Below, one piece after another: positions 16,388 to 23,204 of a stretch of 64,000 nt of DNA; positions within the stretch are counted from its first letter, which is position 1; every line of letters begins with the position of its first letter. The notes under the pieces are model-generated. The model did no database searches. It had not been told where the DNA came from and worked only from the letters and a program-made list of their open reading frames with translations. The stretch spans positions 1-64,000 of the IMG/VR virus record IMGVR_UViG_3300007770_001284; one strand, 5' to 3'. Both the position numbers and the translations under genes were made by a program.

Positions 16388-16550
16388 TATTGTAAAAGCA
16401 GATTCATGGCTAGAGGAAATTGGTGGAAAGGTGGGGATTATCATCTTGGTACATGGCGGAGAGCATTGCAGATCAGCAAGAGTATTGTTCGACACAGGAA
16501 TTACTCTCATACGTCTAGACAACTTGAGGCTAGCAAATGAAGGTTGGTGA
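16374..16550 (+). CDS. SH3-like miniprotein (MYAGDIV)
   Basis: GDIV...VGIII...RVLF...NLRLA. Confidence 0.75.
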   Translation: MYAGDIVKADSWLEEIGGKVGIIILVHGGEHCRSARVLFDTGITLIRLDNLRLANEGW

Positions 16551-16695
16551 CTCAGTGATGTTGACAAACGCGGTGGTGGAGCAGTGGATAAGAATTGGCC
16601 TCGTGCTGGGATACTCTCGTGGGATGGTGCTGGTATTTTGGGGGGAAGATTTCCCTTGTGAAGAAGAGTATCCAGAACAAATACGGGTGGTGTGA
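16537..16695 (+). CDS. SH3-like miniprotein (MKVGDSV), 52 aa
   Basis: read directly from sequence: MKVGDSVMLT...IGLVL...VLVFW...QIRVV. Confidence 0.75.
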   Translation: MKVGDSVMLTNAVVEQWIRIGLVLGYSRGMVLVFWGEDFPCEEEYPEQIRVV

Positions 16696-16940
16696 TGAAA
16701 ATTGGCGATACAGTTAGACAAAACTTCAAGCTCATCGAGTTTAGAGGCAGTAAAGTACCGAAGCGTCCTGATCAAGTTGGCGTGGTTGTTGAGGTCTCTG
16801 ACCGCCGACACGAGTTCCCTGAAAAATATGCCAAGTGGGCAGAGTGGCTCGGACGCTCTGTTACTGTGCTGTGGTCGAATGGAAAGCTAATCGAGAATAT
16901 GGCAGAGAATTCTTTGGACGTAATCGATGAAAGTCGGTGA
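16695..16940 (+). CDS. SH3-like miniprotein (MKIGDTV)
   Basis: GDTV...VGVVVEV...VTVLW...SLDVI. Confidence 0.78.
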   Translation: MKIGDTVRQNFKLIEFRGSKVPKRPDQVGVVVEVSDRRHEFPEKYAKWAEWLGRSVTVLWSNGKLIENMAENSLDVIDESR

Positions 16941-17127
16941 TATAGTGGTCGGTCTTGCTCAAGATCCGTGGGGTGAGGAGGCAACCTGGCACACAGACGT
17001 CACGGGGCTCATAATTCGTGTGATTAAAGATGTGGAGTACCCACCTCTTATCGAAGTTTTGTGGGATGACGGTTACGTTTCTAAAGTATGCCAAGATGAA
17101 TTGGGGGTGCTTAATGAAGGTAGGTGA
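16927..17127 (+). CDS. SH3-like miniprotein (MKVGDIV)
   Basis: GDIV...TGLII...IEVLW...ELGVL. Confidence 0.78.
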   Translation: MKVGDIVVGLAQDPWGEEATWHTDVTGLIIRVIKDVEYPPLIEVLWDDGYVSKVCQDELGVLNEGR

Positions 17128-17281
17128 CACGGTGCGCTGGAAAAACGTGCGAGTCCATGGGACAGTCATTGGTGTTGTAGTGAACGAGCTTCGTCACGGC
17201 ATGAATTCATCTTTCGTAGATGTACTTGTAAATGGAGAAGTGGTACCTGTCAACTGGCTAGCGTTAGAGGTGATTAAATGA
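17114..17281 (+). CDS. SH3-like miniprotein (MKVGDTV)
   Basis: GDTV...IGVVV...VDVLV...ALEVI. Confidence 0.75.
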   Translation: MKVGDTVRWKNVRVHGTVIGVVVNELRHGMNSSFVDVLVNGEVVPVNWLALEVIK

Positions 17282-17457
17282 GTGAATACGAAGCAGTTGG
17301 AATTGCAGAAGGATTTATTGAGTGTGACGATAACAAGAAGATTATCGAAGCGTGGCAATACTTAATTGATACTGGTCTATGCTGGCGACTGCAAGGCTGG
17401 TTTGGAAGAGCTGCTATGGAAATGATCGAAGAAGGCCTGTGTCACGAAAGCGGATAA
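17278..17457 (+). CDS. 59-aa conserved phage hypothetical protein
   Basis: read directly: EAWQYLIDTGLCWRLQGWFGRAA...IEEG. Confidence 0.75.
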   Translation: MSEYEAVGIAEGFIECDDNKKIIEAWQYLIDTGLCWRLQGWFGRAAMEMIEEGLCHESG

Positions 17458-17460
17458 GAA

Positions 17461-17811
17461 ATGATTAGATTCTCTTTACTAGTTTTATTGCTTAGCTGCG
17501 GCCCTAACAAGCTGTTCAAAACCAAGTATCTTTCTCTATCAGAGAGTCCTTGTGTCGACGGCACAGTACTCAACATCGAACAAGCAGGATGCGAGAGTTT
17601 CTACTGGGGTACAATGTCTAGCGGTGAAGTTCTAAAAATCAGGTGTACATACTCTCCTAACGAAAGCTGGTGGACTAGTACATCTTTTTATGCGGTGCCG
17701 TACGGCCATCCCCTCATAGAAAGTAGCTGGGGAATGTACTGTGAAGATAGACATGTCAAGATGTTCGCTCTTCCGCGTGATGTTCGTCTAGACAAAGAGA
17801 GTGTTAAATGA
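17461..17811 (+). CDS. putative lipoprotein
   Basis: MIRFSLLVLLLS-C lipobox-like signal. Confidence 0.7.
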   Translation: MIRFSLLVLLLSCGPNKLFKTKYLSLSESPCVDGTVLNIEQAGCESFYWGTMSSGEVLKIRCTYSPNESWWTSTSFYAVPYGHPLIESSWGMYCEDRHVKMFALPRDVRLDKESVK

Positions 17812-17916
17812 CAGAGCGTGAATTTATCCATTGGCTACGAGGATACATCTCTCTTGATGAATCTCTAGATAAACCACGTGTAAATAGAATAAGAGAATAT
17901 TTAAAGCGGGTTCAAG

Positions 17917-18162
17917 TTGAAACAAAAAATTAAAGAATGGGCTGGTAGCTGCCAGCGGTGTGATAGAGAAAGTGACGTACATATTATGTCTATGTTTGAT
18001 ATATCTCTTATCTGTATGGAGTGCTTTGAAGAAGAGCAAGTCCACCCAAGGTATGAAGCAGCTCGAGATGCCGAGCTCAGAGAGTTAAAGAAGGGCAATA
18101 CGAATTTTGAGGGAATTGGGTATCCGGCAAATGACATTGCAAATGACCCTATCGATTGGTAA
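17917..18162 (+). CDS. small zinc-binding protein
   Basis: CQRC...CMEC; TTG start. Confidence 0.7.
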   Translation: MKQKIKEWAGSCQRCDRESDVHIMSMFDISLICMECFEEEQVHPRYEAARDAELRELKKGNTNFEGIGYPANDIANDPIDW

Positions 18163-18178
18163 CCACATAAGAAATAAA

Positions 18179-18988
18179 ATGAAAGATAAAGCGACAGAGA
18201 CGCTTGAAAACATTTATCACAGAGGACAAGAAAAAATCTGGGACGGCCGAGTTGTGCTACGAGAACTTGTCGAAAAACACGGTGCCCCCCACGAGCTACC
18301 ACCAGGAAAGAAGCGCGCCTTGCAGAATATTTTTGCAGTCATTCTTGCCGGTGAGGCCGCGGCCTGGAAAATATCTCTTCAATTGGCAGATAGCGTAGAA
18401 GAAGTTGAAGCGAGAATGGCTGCGACCAGTCAAGCGCATGACGAGGCGCGCCACTTTTACGTGATGCGAGACTATTTGGAGTTGACTGACTACGTTCCCC
18501 GTCCCGTACCTCATCCCGTTCGCGAAGCATTGAGGATGGTAGTCTCTACTAAAAATTTATCGAAGAAGCTCCTCGGTATGCAATTAATGGTTGAACCGGT
18601 GGCTCTAACCATCTTTCAAGAGGTCCGACGTACTTCACCTGAACCAATATTGGCTGAGCTGCTTGAGTACTTTGAGAGGGACGAGGCTCGGCATGTTGCA
18701 TTGGGCGTCTACCATCTCCCGTCAGTCGTGAAAGATCTATCCACGCCGCAGCTTATCTCTCTTATCATGTGGCAGATGAGAGTGTTTATGCTCGAGCTTC
18801 ATGGATTAAAAGAACTGCGTGAAGATTTTGAAGCCATCGGTCTAGACCCAAAAGACTTATTCGAGCTAGCAGAGAAAAAACAATTAAGCGCTCTTCAGGA
18901 TTTTGTTGCCGAGCTGGGACTGAGCCCTAAGGTGTGGGAGCCAATACGTTATTTTATCCGTTGGCAGAAGGAAAGAATTCTGCAATGA
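18179..18988 (+). CDS. ferritin-like diiron-carboxylate protein
   Basis: E(AAAW)...DEARH...VE...DEARH, the canonical two ExxH ligand pattern. Confidence 0.8.
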   Translation: MKDKATETLENIYHRGQEKIWDGRVVLRELVEKHGAPHELPPGKKRALQNIFAVILAGEAAAWKISLQLADSVEEVEARMAATSQAHDEARHFYVMRDYLELTDYVPRPVPHPVREALRMVVSTKNLSKKLLGMQLMVEPVALTIFQEVRRTSPEPILAELLEYFERDEARHVALGVYHLPSVVKDLSTPQLISLIMWQMRVFMLELHGLKELREDFEAIGLDPKDLFELAEKKQLSALQDFVAELGLSPKVWEPIRYFIRWQKERILQ

Positions 18989-19212
18989 GGGTAGGAGATA
19001 TTGTCAAGGTAAGAGATCATGTTGATATTAATGTGCATCGGTTTTTCGGTTTAGATACGCTCCAAAAAAAGAAAGAAACGAGGGTCGGTCTTATCATTGA
19101 TTGCCAAGAGATGTATGATGGTTTCTGCGAATATGAAGTAATTTTTGAGGGGTGGTCTAGTTGGTTCCGTGATCTAGAGCTTGAGGTGCTTAATGAACAG
19201 GATATTCTCTAA
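18985..19212 (+). CDS. SH3-like miniprotein (MRVGDIV)
   Basis: GDIV...VGLII...YEVIF...ELEVL. Confidence 0.75.
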   Translation: MRVGDIVKVRDHVDINVHRFFGLDTLQKKKETRVGLIIDCQEMYDGFCEYEVIFEGWSSWFRDLELEVLNEQDIL

Positions 19213-19774
19213 AGAAAATAATGACATTTATAAATTAGACTTTAGATTTGATCAAGAAAAAATGGTTGAAGCTTACCACATTGCGGAGGATCGAATCGGA
19301 TTTTCTAGCGGTGTGGTTAATTGTATAAGCATCACAAAACGAGTTGATGGCTCATCCAGTAATCCTCGTGGAATATTTTGGATGAACAATAAAGACTATA
19401 AAGAAGTGCAAGTCGAAAAGTACGTTGATGAAACGAAATATAGCAAATTCGAAGAGCTTTTAGAAGACACCTACTTCAGAAAAGTTTATGATGATATGTC
19501 TAGACGTTTTGTGATGGGACGTGTTCGAATATTGCGATTGGGCTCAAGAAAATGTTTAAGCTATCACCGCGATCCTGAACCGAGAATTCACATTCCGATT
19601 ATAACAAACCCAGGAAGCATGATGATCGTTAATAATTTCGCAACTCATATGAAGGCAGATGGGTCTGCATATTTTATGGACACAACGAAGTACCACACAG
19701 CCTTAAACGGCGGAGAAGAAGAACGTATACATCTCGTAGCAACTGTTCTCGAAAGGACAGATGAACGTCGGTGA
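19193..19774 (+). CDS. 2OG-Fe(II) oxygenase, aspartyl/asparaginyl beta-hydroxylase-like
   Basis: YHRD (HxD), RIHIPIITN, YHTALN (distal His), RIHLV. Confidence 0.8.
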   Translation: MNRIFSKENNDIYKLDFRFDQEKMVEAYHIAEDRIGFSSGVVNCISITKRVDGSSSNPRGIFWMNNKDYKEVQVEKYVDETKYSKFEELLEDTYFRKVYDDMSRRFVMGRVRILRLGSRKCLSYHRDPEPRIHIPIITNPGSMMIVNNFATHMKADGSAYFMDTTKYHTALNGGEEERIHLVATVLERTDERR

Positions 19775-19952
19775 TTTAGTCAACATAAGGGATCCCATCG
19801 ACGACACAATAAAATGTGCTGTGCTGCTTTCCGTACCAACAAAAAATCCCTATGTCGGATACACTGCAGTTGTGCTACTCAACGGTAGAACATTTGAAAT
19901 ACTCTGGGAGACGCTCTTTGAGCTCAACAAAAAAGTGTGGGATGATACTTAA
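19761..19952 (+). CDS. SH3-like miniprotein (MNVGDLV)
   Basis: GDLV...AVLL...AVVLLNG...LFEL. Confidence 0.7.
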   Translation: MNVGDLVNIRDPIDDTIKCAVLLSVPTKNPYVGYTAVVLLNGRTFEILWETLFELNKKVWDDT

Positions 19953-19961
19953 TACATTGGA

Positions 19962-20258
19962 ATGAATAAGGTTGGCGGGCTCCTTTTTTTATTAACCTTG
20001 TGCGCATGCGCGCACACAGGCCCGAGTAGACGCACCGCTGAAAGGTGCACCCCACTGCTCGAAGAAATTCTTATCATCCAAGATTTTAGAGAAGAATTAA
20101 ATCAAGAGATCGCAGTCGCTATCCATAGTCGTAAAGCGGGGGAGCTCACAAAAGAGCAGTACCACGAAATATTTGAGCTGTGGTTAAGCCGTGAAAACGG
20201 ATTACGTTCTTACGTGACAGAATTATATGACAGAGCTTACAAGACAGGATGCTTATAG
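19962..20258 (+). CDS. putative lipoprotein
   Basis: MNKVGGLLFLLTLCA-C signal. Confidence 0.7.
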   Translation: MNKVGGLLFLLTLCACAHTGPSRRTAERCTPLLEEILIIQDFREELNQEIAVAIHSRKAGELTKEQYHEIFELWLSRENGLRSYVTELYDRAYKTGCL

Positions 20259-20259
20259 T

Positions 20260-20288
20260 GTGTAAACGTAACAGTCTATTATTACAAT
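20260..20288 (+). promoter_or_regulatory. sigma70-type promoter
   Basis: GTGTAA-N17-TACAAT, a variant of the early promoter motif. Confidence 0.65.
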
Positions 20289-20308
20289 ATGTTAAGTGAG
20301 GGGTTAGT

Positions 20309-20803
20309 TTGAGTAACATAGTAGAACGAGCTAAACAATTTGCATTGGAACACCACAAGGGTCAAGTTCATGGTCCGAGACCTTTTTGGCACCACCTTAG
20401 AGATGTTGTGAATGTTTTGAAAGAATTCGGCGTGAAGGACGCAGATCTTCTTGCTGCTGCATGGCTTCACGACGTAGTTGAAGATACATCAGTTACTATA
20501 ACTAAGGTTAAGACAGAATTTGGTGATCGGGTCGGTGTACTAGTTGATGCATTGACCGACGGTCCGGGAAAGACGAGAGCAGAAAAGAAAGCGAAGCCGT
20601 ACCGCATGCTCCCTACAATTCCTGGTGCAACAACAGTGAAGGTAGCTGATCGAATCGCAAACGTCCGTTTTTCCCATAAGCAGCACGCGCAACGTTATCT
20701 GACATGCTACAAGACAGAGCATCCAGGTTTTTTGAAAGCCCTGCGAGTGCAGGATGAGCTAAAAGAAATGTGGCATCATTTAGACTCATTGCTGACCGAT
20801 TAA
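20309..20803 (+). CDS. HD-domain (p)ppGpp hydrolase-like protein (small alarmone hydrolase / MESH1-like)
   Basis: A..FA...H.GQ, HLRDV, AAWLHDVVEDT, EFGDRV..LVDALTD, VKVADRIANVR. Confidence 0.85.
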   Translation: MSNIVERAKQFALEHHKGQVHGPRPFWHHLRDVVNVLKEFGVKDADLLAAAWLHDVVEDTSVTITKVKTEFGDRVGVLVDALTDGPGKTRAEKKAKPYRMLPTIPGATTVKVADRIANVRFSHKQHAQRYLTCYKTEHPGFLKALRVQDELKEMWHHLDSLLTD

Positions 20804-20806
20804 TAT

Positions 20807-20829
20807 AAAGGGCAGTTAGCTCTTTTTTT
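20807..20829 (+). terminator. Rho-independent terminator
   Basis: AAAGGGC-AGTTA-GCTCTTT followed by a T run. Confidence 0.6.
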
Positions 20830-21018
20830 AGGTTTACAGCAATAATATTAATATGCTGGGGTGACTATTTAGTTGCAAAGATAGAGCTTTGTGAGAGAGT
20901 CGACATTTTGAAGGCTGTAATTGAGGACAGTTCCAGCCAGAAGCAATATTTAGTAACCAGATCACCTGCTTCAGGTTGTGGTGTGTGTACACGCTTAAGT
21001 CCTCGAGGGAATGCTAGA

Positions 21019-21354
21019 ATGAAAATAACAAAAAGACACCTTAGAAAGATTATTAAAGAAGCCATTAATGAGGCCCGTGAACCGATGACTCCGGATTATG
21101 TTTTTAATGCATTGACGAAGGGAAAAAGCGCTCGCACAGGGACGCCGTTCATCGATACAGCTATGGACGGACTCGCGACCGGTGATGGTCGCATAGTCGC
21201 CAATGCTATTATGGACGCGCTATGGGTTGATGATCCTCCCGTGGGTGCAGATAAAGAATTAGAAGGTCTCGTGCTTGACCTACCTCCCGACGCTGACGAA
21301 TACGATCTAGCTGCCGTCGCAGCAGAGTGGGGAACCCGGCACTTCAGAGGCTAA
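21019..21354 (+). CDS. leader-tagged protein (MKITKRHLRKIIKEAINE)
   Basis: leader motif; start trimmed from track ORF 20908. Confidence 0.8.
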   Translation: MKITKRHLRKIIKEAINEAREPMTPDYVFNALTKGKSARTGTPFIDTAMDGLATGDGRIVANAIMDALWVDDPPVGADKELEGLVLDLPPDADEYDLAAVAAEWGTRHFRG

Positions 21355-21379
21355 AGACTTTATTTAGGAGAATAATGTT

Positions 21380-21790
21380 ATGTTAGAACTATTACAAGCG
21401 TGCTGGAATTTAGTAGCAGGACTTGTTGCGTCTCTTTGGGGACTAGTGGTTACGGTATCGGTTTTAGTTGGTGATGTTTTGCTACATCTTCATACCGACG
21501 CTCCTCGTCTTGAGGGGTTGGTGGTTGGTGTCACGCTAGCGTGGTTGCTTCTTCGCCGAGATCGTCATCCGGTATTACGCGTCTTAAGTGCACCTTTGAA
21601 ATTGGTGCTCGATGTTTTAGACCTCGCCTGGGATCAGGTTGTAGAAGTAGCAAGTGATGGTTGGAATATCATTAACGGTTCCATTCGAGGAGCGGTAGGT
21701 TGGTGTTGGGGTAAGATTTCCAGCACTGGCTCATGGGTAATGAATAGATTACGTGCGCTCAAAGCACGATTAGAAAAAGCTGGAGAATAA
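21380..21790 (+). CDS. membrane protein
   Basis: SD AGGAG; hydrophobic amphipathic helices. Confidence 0.75.
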   Translation: MLELLQACWNLVAGLVASLWGLVVTVSVLVGDVLLHLHTDAPRLEGLVVGVTLAWLLLRRDRHPVLRVLSAPLKLVLDVLDLAWDQVVEVASDGWNIINGSIRGAVGWCWGKISSTGSWVMNRLRALKARLEKAGE

Positions 21791-21791
21791 A

Positions 21792-22205
21792 ATGAAGATG
21801 TCCAAAAGACAATTAAGAAAAATTATTAGAGAAGTAGCTGCAGAGTCTGAACACGGTGACTTTTCAAAGAATTCCATAATCCGAGCCGCCCGGCCGGAGA
21901 TCAGCGGTTTCAGTCCTGACGGCAGCTCTGGCAGTTCTGGTTATCCTGGCCCTGCCGATTGGAAGTTGTATCCACCAGAAACCATGGACGAAGCTGAAGG
22001 CTGGATCGCCGCTGCTATAGAGATGAACGATGGGTTGATGAAGGCTGAAGAAGCCCTTGAGAAAGGAGAGTTCTACGAGGCGCGAGATGCTTTTGTTAAA
22101 TATGTCTATCCTGTGCAGATAAAATTTGAAGAGCACGGTGCCGCAGATACCGAAGGTAGAAGGGTAGCTGCTTCGTGGCTGGAAGATAAAGGATTTAGAT
22201 GGTAA
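21792..22205 (+). CDS. leader-tagged protein (MKMSKRQLRKIIRE); paralog of 203..604
   Basis: leader plus the shared GYPGPADW/VYPVQI/GAADTEGR domain. Confidence 0.85.
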   Translation: MKMSKRQLRKIIREVAAESEHGDFSKNSIIRAARPEISGFSPDGSSGSSGYPGPADWKLYPPETMDEAEGWIAAAIEMNDGLMKAEEALEKGEFYEARDAFVKYVYPVQIKFEEHGAADTEGRRVAASWLEDKGFRW

Positions 22206-22206
22206 A

Positions 22207-22665
22207 ATGAAAATTACAAAGAGACAGCTCAAAAGAATTATTAGAGAAGAAAAACGAAAAATGATGGATGAGTGTCCTGGTGATATGGACATGGGTCACT
22301 CCGCTGACGTCGTTGAAATTAGTCCAGAACCCGTTGAGTCTGATTCTGGGTTGATGGCAGAGACAACCTCTGCTGACGGTGAGCTAGTTGTTGAAATGGA
22401 ACTAGCAAGTAGGGCCCTCGAACAAGTTGTTGAGTCAGTCCAGAATGCTGCTCATCTATGCCCGGATTGTACCGGTCCAGTAGCTGCTCAAGCTCAGATA
22501 ATGGAAGCAATGGTCGCACAGGCCGAAGCCCTCCAGGAGATGCTGGAGGCACAAGCTGGTCTTGTTGCAGAATCTGTTGAACTTGACTTTACAGGCGATG
22601 TCGGTGAGCTTCCTGGTGAAGATGCCTTCGCTATAGGTTACACAGCCGGCTCTCAAGGGTTATAA
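22207..22665 (+). CDS. leader-tagged acidic protein (MKITKRQLKRIIREE)
   Basis: leader motif; acidic helical body. Confidence 0.85.
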   Translation: MKITKRQLKRIIREEKRKMMDECPGDMDMGHSADVVEISPEPVESDSGLMAETTSADGELVVEMELASRALEQVVESVQNAAHLCPDCTGPVAAQAQIMEAMVAQAEALQEMLEAQAGLVAESVELDFTGDVGELPGEDAFAIGYTAGSQGL

Positions 22666-22670
22666 TACAA

Positions 22671-23204
22671 ATGAAGGTTACACGACAGCGCCTCAGACAG
22701 ATCATCAAGGAAGAGCTTGGTTCAATCGTAACGGGTAGGGAAAAAGGGATGCAAGTTTCAGAGCACCCACCTGCAGGGACAACAGGTCTGGAGATTGGAG
22801 ATGTCGTGTATCTTACACCTGAGGCATACGGTGATGCTGACCTACATAAGTTTGGTAGCGATTGGCCACCGATAACAGTCACAGAACTTGGCAACGTCGA
22901 AGATCTCCACGGTACAACTGTACCTGCGAAAACAGACCCACCGTCTGACTGGGATTGGGTCGCTGGTGCAACCGGGCCTGGATTTGTTGGAGAGTATGAA
23001 GCTGCTCCAGGTCTTGGGAACCACGAAGATCTTGTTTTTCCGATGCATGCTATCGATTGGGAATACACAAAACGAGGACCCAAAGAACCGTGGAAGATGC
23101 CTCCGGGACCAGGAATGTACGTCGGCGGATCCGAGCAATGGGATAACGTTACAGAGTCATATTCATTGTTAGACGCGCTAGGGTTAAGGAAGACACCAAA
23201 ATGA
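22671..23204 (+). CDS. leader-tagged protein (MKVTRQRLRQIIKEE)
   Basis: leader motif. Confidence 0.85.
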   Translation: MKVTRQRLRQIIKEELGSIVTGREKGMQVSEHPPAGTTGLEIGDVVYLTPEAYGDADLHKFGSDWPPITVTELGNVEDLHGTTVPAKTDPPSDWDWVAGATGPGFVGEYEAAPGLGNHEDLVFPMHAIDWEYTKRGPKEPWKMPPGPGMYVGGSEQWDNVTESYSLLDALGLRKTPK

